In this document: one piece after another, positions 46,338 through 56,269 of the stretch | Position numbering within the stretch: the stretch's first letter is position 1 | How the letters are laid out: each line of letters begins with the position of its first letter | DNA from: Aeoliella sp. | Lineage (GTDB): Bacteria; Planctomycetota; Planctomycetia; Pirellulales; Lacipirellulaceae | Assembly (NCBI RefSeq): GCF_965227375.1 | Contig: NZ_CBDDFX010000002.1 | Coordinates: 1,911,537 to 1,975,536 of the forward strand | DNA: 64,000 nt | Reading direction: 5' to 3' | The notes under the pieces: generated by a model | The model's input: the letters and a program-made list of their open reading frames with translations, nothing else | Told to the model about the DNA's origin: nothing | Databases searched by the model: none | Program-made: the position numbers and the translations under genes

Positions 46338-47321
46338 GTGGGCGTAATGGGCATTGCTACAACTCGGCGGCAGGCTGTTACCAGCCTGTCCCGTCACTCT
46401 ATGGAATGGGCGGAAGCCGCACAGTCGAGGCGAGCGTTTCTGAAGCAGGGAGCACTCATACTGGCTGGCACGGCCACGTTGGGCTCCATCTCGCGCACTT
46501 CCATGGCGTGTACAGACAGCGAGGCGGACGTTGCTCTTCGCTTCGGACTGCTGACAGACTGTCACTACGCGGACAAGCCGAGTTCCGGCAAACGATACTA
46601 CCAAGATTCCCTTGGCAAGATGCGGGAGGCAGTTTCTCGGTTCACCAATGCGAAGGCGGAGTTTGTAGTGGAGCTGGGTGATCTGATCGACTCCGGATCC
46701 AATGTGAAGGAGGAGATCGCTTACCTCCAGGCCATGGAGAAGGAGTTCGCGAAGTTCAAGAAAGATCGACATTTCGTCTTGGGCAACCATTGTGTCTACA
46801 ACCTGACCAAAGAGGAATTCTTCGACAACTGCGCGGCCAAGAAGCCGCACTATGCTTTCGATCAGGGAGACTTTCACTTCGTGGTGCTTGATGCGTGCTT
46901 TCGTGAGGATGGCGTAGCGTATGGGCGACAGAACTACGATTGGACCGACTCGAACATTCCCGCCAGCCAAATCGAGTGGTTGGCCGACGACCTGAAAGAG
47001 ACCGACAAACCGACGATCGTATTCATTCACCAGCGGATCGACAAAGATGACGTCTACGCCGTGAAGAATGCACCCGAAGTAAGAGAGGCTTTGGAACGCT
47101 CCGGCAACGTTTTAGGCGTATTTCAGGGCCATACGCACCAGAACGACTACAACAACATTCGCGGCATCCACTACTGCACCCTGCGAGCTGTGGTCGAAGA
47201 CCCCGACCTGAAAAACAACAGTTTTGCTCTGGTTGATCTGTTTGCCGATGGCTCCATCCGCGTGGACGGATTCCATCGACAGAAAGACTACACGTGGAAG
47301 CCACAAGAGCAGACAACGTGA
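46338..47321 (+). CDS. Tat-signal metallophosphoesterase
   Basis: SRRAFLKQGALILAG twin-arginine leader (the true start may be the downstream Met at about 46401). Metallophosphoesterase motifs (LTDCHYAD, GDLIDSG, GNHC, GHTHQND). Confidence 0.8.
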   Translation: MGVMGIATTRRQAVTSLSRHSMEWAEAAQSRRAFLKQGALILAGTATLGSISRTSMACTDSEADVALRFGLLTDCHYADKPSSGKRYYQDSLGKMREAVSRFTNAKAEFVVELGDLIDSGSNVKEEIAYLQAMEKEFAKFKKDRHFVLGNHCVYNLTKEEFFDNCAAKKPHYAFDQGDFHFVVLDACFREDGVAYGRQNYDWTDSNIPASQIEWLADDLKETDKPTIVFIHQRIDKDDVYAVKNAPEVREALERSGNVLGVFQGHTHQNDYNNIRGIHYCTLRAVVEDPDLKNNSFALVDLFADGSIRVDGFHRQKDYTWKPQEQTT

Positions 47322-47356
47322 AAGTCAGACGGGCGAACAGTAGACTTCGATACGAT

Positions 47357-48232
47357 ATGGCAAACGGTCATCAACTCAATTCGTCATTGCGCCACACGCT
47401 TGGAGTGATGAATGCTTTGGCAATGGCAACTGCGATCGCTGCTGGGGCAGCGGCCAGTGAACCTGCCGCTGCAATCGATCGTGAGTTCATCACAACATTG
47501 AGCACGGCAGGTGTATTGACCGCCGCGGAAGAGATGGGACTGGACGCGTCCACCTATCTCTTGCCATTGGCCGAGCGAGTCGATCATCCCTATCGCCAGT
47601 ATCGTTGGTCGGTAGACTATGCGCCGGATGGGAGTTCGATGATCAACGCCCTCCCGCCTGAGGAAGAGGTGGGCTGGATCCCGTGGGAACGCTGGTGGAG
47701 AGACGGTGACACACTGCGGCATGAGTCGTGGGTGCTGTACCCCATCAAGCGTCCCTCTCAGGGCGGGATGCCTCGTTGGTACCAGCTCGACGAAGAAGCC
47801 TCTCTCTACCCTCGAATGATGTTCCCACCCAAAGACATTGAGGAGAAACTGCGCCTGGCTCGAGTGGATGAGGCGGCGCGGGTGCTGGGGTTTGATCACC
47901 GCGAGGTGTTGCTTGAACCGCTATCGGCCAAGGGTCGCGCTCGTTATCTCGAGTGTCGTTGGGTGGTCATTCCACACATTCTCGGCGCGGACCAACCGGT
48001 GATCTACTCGCTGCCGCCGATGCATCGCTCGGACACCTGGCCGTGGGAAACTTGGTACACCGACGGCAAGCGGCCCCTGATTTTGCATGTTCACTACACG
48101 GCCAAGTCGCCTCTGACCACGGGCGAGTGGACGCTCCACCCCGGGGCGCCGCAGCGACCTGCTGAACTCTTTGGCCGGCGATGGTATTGGTACGACAAGG
48201 CGGACCCCGCGCCCGTCATGTCGAACCCTTGA
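47357..48232 (+). CDS. Hypothetical secreted protein with duplicated Trp-rich module
   Basis: Signal-peptide-like N-terminus (LGVMNALAMATAIAAGAAAS). Two similar modules (WIPWERWWRDGDTLRHESWVLYP and TWPWETWYTDGKRPLILHVHY). No known domain recognised. Confidence 0.5.
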   Translation: MANGHQLNSSLRHTLGVMNALAMATAIAAGAAASEPAAAIDREFITTLSTAGVLTAAEEMGLDASTYLLPLAERVDHPYRQYRWSVDYAPDGSSMINALPPEEEVGWIPWERWWRDGDTLRHESWVLYPIKRPSQGGMPRWYQLDEEASLYPRMMFPPKDIEEKLRLARVDEAARVLGFDHREVLLEPLSAKGRARYLECRWVVIPHILGADQPVIYSLPPMHRSDTWPWETWYTDGKRPLILHVHYTAKSPLTTGEWTLHPGAPQRPAELFGRRWYWYDKADPAPVMSNP

Positions 48233-48297
48233 AGCATTTCTTGGCAGGCGGCGTCTTGCTGCGGCCAGAGAATCTACGTTTTCTAACTGAGGCAACC

Positions 48298-49845
48298 ATG
48301 GACAACACGATGAAGTATCTACTAAAGACCCTGTGCCTTTGCGCAACTGTGTACGCGGGCGTGAATGCGGCCCATGCGGCCGAAGAGGACACGACGCTGG
48401 ACGAAACGAAGCAGCTCATCTGGAAAGCTGCACACGTCACACCGCACGATCGTCAGGTTGCGTGGCAGGAACTCGAATACGCTGCGTACGCCATCTATGG
48501 CATGCCCACTTACCATGGCGGTGTCGAGTGGGGCACGGGCAATGAAGATCCACGGTCGTTCAATCCCACCGAGTTCGATGCTCGGCAATGGATGAAGATT
48601 TACAAAGACGCGGGCATGAAGCATGTGATCTTCATGGTCAAGCACTGCGACGGGTTCTGCCTATGGCCCAGTAAGTACACCGATTTCTCGGTCAAGAACT
48701 CTCCATGGAAGGATGGCAAAGGCGATATCGTTCGCGAAGTGGTGGACGCCTGCCGGGAGTTCGATCTGAAGATTGGATTCTACATCTCCCCCTTGGACCT
48801 GCACGAACCAACCTACGGCACACCCGCGTACGACGAGTTCTTCAAGAACCAACTGCAGGAACTTCTTACCGAGTACGGCGAGATCACTGAAGTGTGGCTC
48901 GATGGTTTCTACACGGGTCCCAAAGAGGATAAGCACGATTACGACTGGGAGGGATACTACCGCATCGTTCGCAGGCTGCAGCCCAATGCCGTGATCGCCG
49001 TCTGCGGGCCGGACGTACGGTGGGTTGGGAATGAGAGCGGTATCGGCCGCGAGACAGAGTGGAGTGTGGTCCCCGCGAGCATCGCCGACCAGGAAGAGGT
49101 GTCGAAAGACTTCTTCGAGCTATTCGCGATCGTACCGGAGGGGAGATCGCTGGATCTTGGCAGTCGCCCAAAGCTCTCCGACGCTTCACGACTCATCTGG
49201 TACCCGGCGGAAACCAACGTTTCGATTCGCCCCAATTGGTTCCATCGCCCCAGCCAAGACAATCAAATCAAATCGGTACAGCAGCTGCTCGATCTCTACT
49301 ACCAGTCCGCCGGCCGGAACGGCCTGTTTCTACTCGGAGTTCCACCCGCGGTGAATGGGCTAATTCATGAGAATGATGCCAAACGACTGATGGAGTTCCG
49401 CCGGGTGCTTGATGCCATCTTCAATGACAATCTGGCATTGGATGCCACGGCAACCGCATCGGAGGTGCGCGGTGACAACCCTGCACACGGCGCGGACAGA
49501 GCCGTTGACGACGACAAGGATACCTACTGGACGACCGAAGACTGGACAGAGGAAGCGGAGTTGGAGTTGGACCTGGGCGAAGAGAAGACATTCAACGTAG
49601 TTCTCTTGCAGGAACAGATCCGAGTTGGGCAGCGCGTCGAAGTGTTTGCCCTCGAGGCCTGGGACGGCCAGAAGTGGAATGAATTCGCCAGAGCGACCAC
49701 GATTGGCTACAAACGCTTGCTGCGATGCAACGACGTAACCACTCGGAAGGTGCGGCTGAAAATTACAGGGTCCCGCGTTTGCCCGACTATCTCAAACTTC
49801 GGTCTGTATTACGAACCACCCCTCGAAGAGATTCTTGGGGAATGA
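48298..49845 (+). CDS. Alpha-L-fucosidase (GH29) with C-terminal F5/8 type C (discoidin) domain
   Basis: Signal peptide. GH29 catalytic region (IFMVKHCDGFCLWPSKYTDFSVKNSPW...EVWLDGF...) and a C-terminal beta-sandwich (SEVRGDNPAHGADRAVDDDKDTYWTT) typical of the fucosidase C-terminal carbohydrate-binding module. Confidence 0.9.
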   Translation: MDNTMKYLLKTLCLCATVYAGVNAAHAAEEDTTLDETKQLIWKAAHVTPHDRQVAWQELEYAAYAIYGMPTYHGGVEWGTGNEDPRSFNPTEFDARQWMKIYKDAGMKHVIFMVKHCDGFCLWPSKYTDFSVKNSPWKDGKGDIVREVVDACREFDLKIGFYISPLDLHEPTYGTPAYDEFFKNQLQELLTEYGEITEVWLDGFYTGPKEDKHDYDWEGYYRIVRRLQPNAVIAVCGPDVRWVGNESGIGRETEWSVVPASIADQEEVSKDFFELFAIVPEGRSLDLGSRPKLSDASRLIWYPAETNVSIRPNWFHRPSQDNQIKSVQQLLDLYYQSAGRNGLFLLGVPPAVNGLIHENDAKRLMEFRRVLDAIFNDNLALDATATASEVRGDNPAHGADRAVDDDKDTYWTTEDWTEEAELELDLGEEKTFNVVLLQEQIRVGQRVEVFALEAWDGQKWNEFARATTIGYKRLLRCNDVTTRKVRLKITGSRVCPTISNFGLYYEPPLEEILGE

Positions 49846-50160
49846 TCTCGCTTATGTGGCTCGCCCAGATTCTTCGTGGATTTCACGAGGGCTCCAACCT
49901 GTTCGGATGAATCCAGGGCGGGCGGTCGTGCGGGCTACCGGTCCCGAGTGTGTAAGAAAATCGCGGTTGAAATCGCGCGCGATTGTGATCCAATAGAAGT
50001 GCGCCGTGTTGTGCCTGCTGTGGATCCTTGGCAACTTGGGAGCGGCTCAGGGCGATGAGCTGTCGGCCGGGAGCCTGCGTTCGCGCTGTTCGCCGCTCAA
50101 CCCAGATCTCCTGGCGGAGCTACGCGCGCTCGTTCGCAGAGCGAACGGGGACCATTAGAG

Positions 50161-50310
50161 TTTTGTCCCCATCGAAAACATGCGGGGAACAACGTGGTGG
50201 GTTTTGTCGCACCCCCTGGATGGTTTAGTCGAAAAATATAGGGTTTTCGCCACTCGGGTGGGCCCAAAACGATTGGGGTTTTGGGCCCATGGATCGATTA
50301 GTGGGGCAAA
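50161..50310 (+). repeat. Copy 2 of the ~160-bp dispersed direct repeat (partner at 652-810); contains an 11-bp perfect stem hairpin
   Basis: Aligns with the 652-810 copy. Contains gggcccaaaac-gattggg-gttttgggccc (11-bp inverted repeat). Lies in the convergent intergenic region between the fucosidase gene and the 959-aa gene. Confidence 0.7.
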
Positions 50311-50568
50311 ACTCGGCGGGACCGTCTGCAACCTCGGGTGAGCCCATCGGACGTGGTGCAGGAGACGTTGTTGCGAGCGCCCAGCTGGAACGATCGATGC
50401 GGATGCCAAGGTTGGCATGGCTTGCCGAGATGCGGAACACTGTGTTGCTGATGGTGTCGCTGGAATACCCCTGCACAAGACAATTTCACTCTCCTTCTGA
50501 AAGATACTGGTAGCGGTAATCAACGATCGACACGCCATCCTCGCGACGTCAAGCATGTTTCATTGACC

Positions 50569-53448
50569 CTAGCTGCGTATCTCATAGTACGATACGACGC
50601 CAGTTTCAGTTACCAAGATAAAACCACTCGAATGCCTGGCGGGCAGAATGGCGATCGGTTTCCCAGTGTCGTGTTTATCACCCTTCACTTTTAATTGCTG
50701 GGTATTGGATTTTTTCAGGCTTTTGTATGATTGCGATTGGACAGCAGACGAATCGGCAGCGATCAGGAACCCGCCCTGATTCAGCCAGGCGCGTGGCGTC
50801 GTCAGTTCCGCAAAGACCGTTTTTGTATAGCCCTCCATACCGAGACGAATGATCGCTACGCCAGTCTCCATCGATGCGGTGAGGATTGGAGCGGCATAGG
50901 GGCTGCCACCGCCTAGGCCAATCACGCGACTCGGCAATTGTTCGAACACTTCGACTTGACCGTTCTTCATGCGCAACAATTGGTCCGCAACGGCAATCAC
51001 GACCTCGTTGCCCGCTGCATGTATAGGTACTGGGTGAGCAACATTTTCCCAGGGCGCATCGGCAGCGGATAGGAGTGACTTGGTAGACACGACCGCACCT
51101 TTCGCGTCGACGCAGACAAGGACGGGGTCGTCACGGTTTGCGATGGCCCAAGTATGCCCTGTTTTCCCCAACGCGGCTCCCCAAACCACGTCCAAGCCGC
51201 GTGGAGTGCCCGCAGTGATGGCTGACGTGCTCGGTATCGAGGATGGAAAGATCGTTGTTTCTGGGAGCGACTGCTCGCCGATGGCAAATATCCGTACGCC
51301 AGTTTGGCTGGCGTGAAGTACCACTCGCGCATGGGACGAGATCGAAATTTTCGGCCATGGCGTTCGATTGCGATCAACTCTTCCGTCCTGGTGGCAGCGG
51401 GCAAATACAATCCGACCGTCCATGACTCCCGCCGCAATGATCACGTCGCCCACCGAGACGGCACTATGCCAAACGCCTTTCAGACCGAGGTCCACGTGCT
51501 TTGTCACGTGCATTCGATCTTTTGGCGTGGCTGCAATGGGTCTCTTGGGTTCCAGGGCACGCTGGGAGTCCACATACCTCCGACCATCACGACGGAGTAG
51601 GCGATCGTTGGATTCCAGTCTCGCGAGTACCGAGACAAGTCGATCGGCTTCACTTGTGGATGCATCTCGCAGACGGTTGGCGATTAGATTCTTAGAGAGC
51701 TTTCGCGATTCCTGCTGCACTTGGGCGTCGGGATACTTATCACATACATCGGCAAGCATCGAGGCGACATCGGCGTGCATGCCAAGTGGTTCGGCGTCCG
51801 CGTATAACTCGGCAGCGCGCTGCCGAGCGTCCTGGTGGTAGGCCAATCGGCCACGCATTTCGAAGCTTGCAGCAACACAGCGCCCCGCTTGTGGTGTGTT
51901 TGGCCAGCCACCATCAAGCGTTTCTAACGCTTGCCGATAATCGTCGAGCTTCTGCTCGTAGATGCGTGATGCACCGAGCAAGTCTTGCTTCCCCTTCAGC
52001 TCGTCAGCCGCCGCGTGATAGGCTGCGGCTGCGGCCTCGGGTTGATCGATGTGCGCCAGTAAATCGCCGACTTTTTCATGGCGGCCGAGGTCGCGATAGG
52101 CCTCGATCGCCTCGTTCCACAGTTCACCGCGTTCAAGGCAACCGGCGGCGGCTTGGGCGTCCTGGATCTTATCCCGGTATAGCACGGCAGCCTCCCTGAA
52201 GTGTCGGCCTTGTTCCAAAGTAGACGCTGCCGATCGGAGGTCGCCAAGTAGTTCAGCGTAGATATACGCGGCGCGGCGATAGCGGCCGAGCCGCGTCTCG
52301 CGGGCGGCAAGCTCTCTGTATTTTGTAATCAACTCTTGTTGGTAGTCATGCGACATGTCCCAAATGTCCGCAGGCCCACCACCACCAAGGCGACTCAAGC
52401 TGAAATCGACATTACGCCTATGCAGTTGGCCGCCCGGCGCTCTAAGACCACGGTGCGCCCCCTGAGCGCCGCCAAGTGGAATGGCGAACTTCAATCCTTG
52501 GTCTGGATCGCTGTCGAGCATGTGCAAGAGCCGCCCCACCTCCTTGTGCCGCTCTGCTTCCAACGACTTATCCACCTTCTGCAACAGGTTGTTCGCGAAG
52601 TTAGCCAATCTGCCAAGGCCCGACTCCCCACCGACGACACTGCCGGCTGCAGATCGACGAGGCTGGCCATGTCCGCCCATCGCGCCGGTAGGTATCATGT
52701 TTCCGAGCGCCGATAGAATTTTGCCGACTCCTAGGACAGGCAGCGCTACGCCCATTAATGCCGCCCGCAGTGCTGCACCGGCGACTCCCGAGAATGGCTC
52801 GTGCGGCGATTTCGGCAGTTGGGGAATTTCACCTGCTCGCTCTCCAATACCATTTCGCCCTTCACCAATGATGTCCTCGAACGACGGAGGCGAGTCGGGC
52901 AGAATGGCTAGCAGCCTGTTGGGAAATGCGACTCCCTGTACCGCCTGACTCCAATCGATCATCGCATCGTCGGGAAGTGCGATCAAATCGGCTATCTCTA
53001 GTACCTCATCTGGCTCAGCCGTGGTAAGCCCTCGTCCAGGTAGCCACGCGTAGATATAGTCATCCGACAGCAACTGCTGGATCTCATCTTGAGGAGGGGT
53101 GGGGAACAGCTCTGCGTCGACCGGCAGGTAGAGGTTCTCGCCCAACCTTCCCAACGCGATGCAATGTCCGCTGGGGGCGAAGGTTGTTGTAGCCGGCACT
53201 GCAATCACGCCGGCAATACCTGTGCCATCCGTGTCGCGGATCGCGATCAGTCGAATGGCCAAGTGATCGATCGGCCAGCTTGCTATCTCTTCCAGCCATA
53301 GAAACGGCGCATCACCCGGCAGGTACCACGCCGCAGGCTCGAGGGGCCGAGAATCGCTGAGTCGAATGGTAAGTTCAATCTGCGGCACGGATGCCCTCCA
53401 CAAACTGCATAACGGTCTCCTGATAGATTCGCCGCAGCGGTGCGGCAC
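50569..53448 (-). CDS. Large (959-aa) hypothetical protein, TPR-like helical middle and beta-propeller-like C-terminal region; last gene of the MoxR operon
   Basis: Helical repeat region (AAYIYAELLGDLRSAASTLEQGRHFREAAVLYRD...WNEAIEAYRDLGRHEKVGDLL). The C-terminal part is rich in short beta-strand repeats with G/V/I/A. No catalytic motif recognised. The start is uncertain, with a possible 74-nt overlap with the upstream gene. Confidence 0.6.
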   Translation of the reverse strand: MPHRCGESIRRPLCSLWRASVPQIELTIRLSDSRPLEPAAWYLPGDAPFLWLEEIASWPIDHLAIRLIAIRDTDGTGIAGVIAVPATTTFAPSGHCIALGRLGENLYLPVDAELFPTPPQDEIQQLLSDDYIYAWLPGRGLTTAEPDEVLEIADLIALPDDAMIDWSQAVQGVAFPNRLLAILPDSPPSFEDIIGEGRNGIGERAGEIPQLPKSPHEPFSGVAGAALRAALMGVALPVLGVGKILSALGNMIPTGAMGGHGQPRRSAAGSVVGGESGLGRLANFANNLLQKVDKSLEAERHKEVGRLLHMLDSDPDQGLKFAIPLGGAQGAHRGLRAPGGQLHRRNVDFSLSRLGGGGPADIWDMSHDYQQELITKYRELAARETRLGRYRRAAYIYAELLGDLRSAASTLEQGRHFREAAVLYRDKIQDAQAAAGCLERGELWNEAIEAYRDLGRHEKVGDLLAHIDQPEAAAAAYHAAADELKGKQDLLGASRIYEQKLDDYRQALETLDGGWPNTPQAGRCVAASFEMRGRLAYHQDARQRAAELYADAEPLGMHADVASMLADVCDKYPDAQVQQESRKLSKNLIANRLRDASTSEADRLVSVLARLESNDRLLRRDGRRYVDSQRALEPKRPIAATPKDRMHVTKHVDLGLKGVWHSAVSVGDVIIAAGVMDGRIVFARCHQDGRVDRNRTPWPKISISSHARVVLHASQTGVRIFAIGEQSLPETTIFPSSIPSTSAITAGTPRGLDVVWGAALGKTGHTWAIANRDDPVLVCVDAKGAVVSTKSLLSAADAPWENVAHPVPIHAAGNEVVIAVADQLLRMKNGQVEVFEQLPSRVIGLGGGSPYAAPILTASMETGVAIIRLGMEGYTKTVFAELTTPRAWLNQGGFLIAADSSAVQSQSYKSLKKSNTQQLKVKGDKHDTGKPIAILPARHSSGFILVTETGVVSYYEIRS

Positions 53449-56269
53449 GCTGACTCGGCTTTTGCCCGTCGGGCAAGAAATACTCTTTGCCGAAGAAACG
53501 CCCGTCGCTACACCACCCTGTCAGCTCACCTTCGGCGAGCACGAGTGTAAGTTCGGCAGTTTGAGTATCGGCGGGCTGTAGGTGCAGCAAGCCACGTGAA
53601 TCGAGCACGGCGCGGTCACCACTCGGCCAAGTAGCGACCGACAACCGATATCTAAATCCGTGATCCGAGGCTGCTTCTAGAAACTCTTGCTCGTTGTGCA
53701 GCACGGTACTGCGTGGTCGCTGCCGAAAAACAGGCATGCCGGTTTGCTGCTCAAAGGCGACAACGCCTTTGGTCGACCGCAACGCGAGCGCCCCATTCTC
53801 ATCAATCCCTATCGCGCGGAACCGCTTGCGGATTGAGGTACAGCGGGCGATGGCGTCGACGCGTGGATCGATGCGATTCCCAGCGCACGTGCGAATCTGC
53901 GGGTTCAAGTCGAGCGTTAGTTCGTACTGGACGCGATTTCGATGTTCGTCGCTGAGAACGACTCGGGTGCCATCGTGACTGACATCGACCACGGAGCACT
54001 TTCCGATAACAGGCATTCGTGCGAGCTTTTTACGATCGGACTTGGCGGCAAGCAGCCTTCCTCTAGTAGTGACCGCGAGCGGCTCGTCGAATCCCACTGC
54101 ATCCCAAACATGTACGACCGGGTCGTTTGCTACGCCGAAAGATGGCAATGGGTCAATCGTGGCGGCGTGGCCGTCATGGGACAATGCATGCCAGGCATTG
54201 GTTGTGCGATCCACAAAGTACCTGCCAGCCGCCCATTGCAGGCGCGACGGGGTGGTCAATAGGCGGCCTGACTTACCGGTTTGAGGGTTTACCTCGGTTA
54301 CTCCAAATGGTTGCAGGCAGAAAAAGGCCCCGTTGTGAAAGGTAAACCCCGATGTGACCGGGCACTGAATAGGTGTTTCTAGCAGCTCGCCGTTGGGAAT
54401 ATTCAAGCGGTAGAGCACTGGTTTATGCGAACTGCCATAAACGAAACTGGTCGACCCTTGAATACAGTCCGGCTCTGCCCACCAGAGTTGCCCCTTTGGC
54501 AACCGGTCGCTTAGTTGTTCGCCCCCCTTACCGCGGTTCGTCCACCGTAACAGCCGTCCGTCACCGGTGATAGATAACGCCCCCCAATTGCCTATCGACC
54601 AACAGGTCTTCGGATCCAACTCAGAAGGCATTCGCAAGGGGAACGGCTCGACGCGAAGCGATGCTGGCAGATTATCGAGATCGCGAGATTCTCTGAGCCG
54701 AGAACCATCCGCCACTATCTCATCAAGCGACAACACGGCCCGCCGGATGAGTTTATCGCCACGCAGGCCACGTTCGCAGAGCCGGAACTCCCCCTGCCTA
54801 TCAAGTGTCGCAACGTATACTCTCTCGGCCTTTAGATCGCGAAGCGAATCTAAAAGAGCTGGTTCGGCGAGTGAGTCGGCAGGCATCAGTACAACTGCCT
54901 CGACGGGCTCGTCCGATCTCTCAACCTGGGAAGCAAACTGTGGCAACGCATTGCCCAAATGCGGGTCGGGCTCTAGTGCAGCAAGGTGGTCGATCAGCCC
55001 CTCTTTTGATAGTAGGTCGACCGCCTTCAGCTCGCTGCCACTACCGCGATAAGCACCAAACGTGGCACCTCTTGGCGTGTTGGCCGCAAATGCCAAAGCT
55101 GCGGCTGCAGCAAGCACTCGTGGAATTCCCCACGCCCGTACGCCGGAGTCTATGAGTAGCTCGCGTCGCAGTCGGGGCGTGCTCGGCGGTGTTTCTCGAT
55201 GAAGGTACATGGCCTCGTTCATCGCTACACGGACTGCCAGCGTCAGCCCGTCTTGAGCAAGCTCACTCAGTAGCAACCGATCGGGAGTGCCGCGGTTTGC
55301 GATGTCGGAATAGCCGCCCATTTCGTGCTCTTGCGACTCCGACAGTTTGCGGGGAAGCGTGGCGCTCGCGATCAGCTGCTTCGCAAGATTCGCCATTGCT
55401 ACATGCTGTGGCGAGTCGAGTAATTCTTGGATGACTGCACGTGCCGTATCGCTTGGGTATACTTGCTCTGGTTCCTCTTCAATTGGAGCCAGCAAAGGTA
55501 ACGCATCGAGACCGGTCTTCAGTCGCAGCCGAACGGCCTCCGGCGTCACCTTATCGAGTCCGGGCGCAAGGTCGGCAAGGTCTCGTAGTAGCAGAATAGG
55601 CCCATAACTGCTGAAGACCGTGTCGGAAGCTGAGCCCAGTATGGCCAGTAGCCCAGGTCGGATGGCATCCGCAACATAAGTAGCCTGGTCTGCATCCACC
55701 GCGAGTTCGGTGCTGTCGAACACCAGCGATGCCAACGCTGCCTTCGCTTCCAGAGAATTACGCAGTGAACGGTCTAAAGCTCGCACGCTGTGGAGCTTCT
55801 GGAGGACCTGCTGCAACAACGACAGGCGATCTTCGGCTGAGGTGTCCGAATCGTGTACGGTCCGAGACTTCTTGCGTATCAACCGTGAGGTCAATGTCTG
55901 TTGGCCTTCATGGTCAGCTTCCTGTCCGGCTGCCAACATCGACGCTAGTATGCCAGCTTCGCTGCCATCGACTGCCCAATGGTCACGTGTCGCCGCCATT
56001 AGCAACAGCAAGGATCCAAATCTTGGTAAACCATGCTGCGCCATTTGCTTGAGAACGTACGAAAGCTCTTCGCTAAAGGCGATCAGCTTTCCGTCTCGCC
56101 ACTCAACGGCCTCACCATCCTCGTGCCACTGCCAGAAAGAGTCACTCGTTGTTCCGTAGTAATCCCGGATCAGTGCTTCATTGCTTTCCAAAACTACCCC
56201 CTTCGGTAAGGCGGACAGCAGAACGCGACGCCGCGACGAACTGCTCGCTACGAATAACGGTGCTGCCAC
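53375..56269 (-). CDS. Large (964-aa) hypothetical protein with beta-propeller-like C-terminal half; MoxR operon member
   Basis: A continuous 2.9-kb ORF on the same strand as the MoxR gene. The C-terminal half has repeated W/G-containing beta-strand modules (LLRWTNRGKGG, LWWAEPD, VLYRLNIPNGELLETP). No MIDAS (DxSxS) motif recognised by eye. The start codon is uncertain (overlap with the upstream ORF). Confidence 0.6.
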   Translation of the reverse strand: MAAPLFVASSSSRRRVLLSALPKGVVLESNEALIRDYYGTTSDSFWQWHEDGEAVEWRDGKLIAFSEELSYVLKQMAQHGLPRFGSLLLLMAATRDHWAVDGSEAGILASMLAAGQEADHEGQQTLTSRLIRKKSRTVHDSDTSAEDRLSLLQQVLQKLHSVRALDRSLRNSLEAKAALASLVFDSTELAVDADQATYVADAIRPGLLAILGSASDTVFSSYGPILLLRDLADLAPGLDKVTPEAVRLRLKTGLDALPLLAPIEEEPEQVYPSDTARAVIQELLDSPQHVAMANLAKQLIASATLPRKLSESQEHEMGGYSDIANRGTPDRLLLSELAQDGLTLAVRVAMNEAMYLHRETPPSTPRLRRELLIDSGVRAWGIPRVLAAAAALAFAANTPRGATFGAYRGSGSELKAVDLLSKEGLIDHLAALEPDPHLGNALPQFASQVERSDEPVEAVVLMPADSLAEPALLDSLRDLKAERVYVATLDRQGEFRLCERGLRGDKLIRRAVLSLDEIVADGSRLRESRDLDNLPASLRVEPFPLRMPSELDPKTCWSIGNWGALSITGDGRLLRWTNRGKGGEQLSDRLPKGQLWWAEPDCIQGSTSFVYGSSHKPVLYRLNIPNGELLETPIQCPVTSGFTFHNGAFFCLQPFGVTEVNPQTGKSGRLLTTPSRLQWAAGRYFVDRTTNAWHALSHDGHAATIDPLPSFGVANDPVVHVWDAVGFDEPLAVTTRGRLLAAKSDRKKLARMPVIGKCSVVDVSHDGTRVVLSDEHRNRVQYELTLDLNPQIRTCAGNRIDPRVDAIARCTSIRKRFRAIGIDENGALALRSTKGVVAFEQQTGMPVFRQRPRSTVLHNEQEFLEAASDHGFRYRLSVATWPSGDRAVLDSRGLLHLQPADTQTAELTLVLAEGELTGWCSDGRFFGKEYFLPDGQKPSQRAAPLRRIYQETVMQFVEGIRAAD

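Noticed and set aside
652-50310. Possibility that the two direct repeats mark the ends of a ~49.5-kb genomic island or integrated element
   Set aside because: No integrase, recombinase, transposase, tRNA or phage/conjugation genes occur between or beside the repeats. The intervening genes are mostly housekeeping-like (chorismate mutase, ribokinase, RND efflux). A dispersed repetitive element is the more economical explanation, although it cannot be fully excluded without genome-wide copy data.
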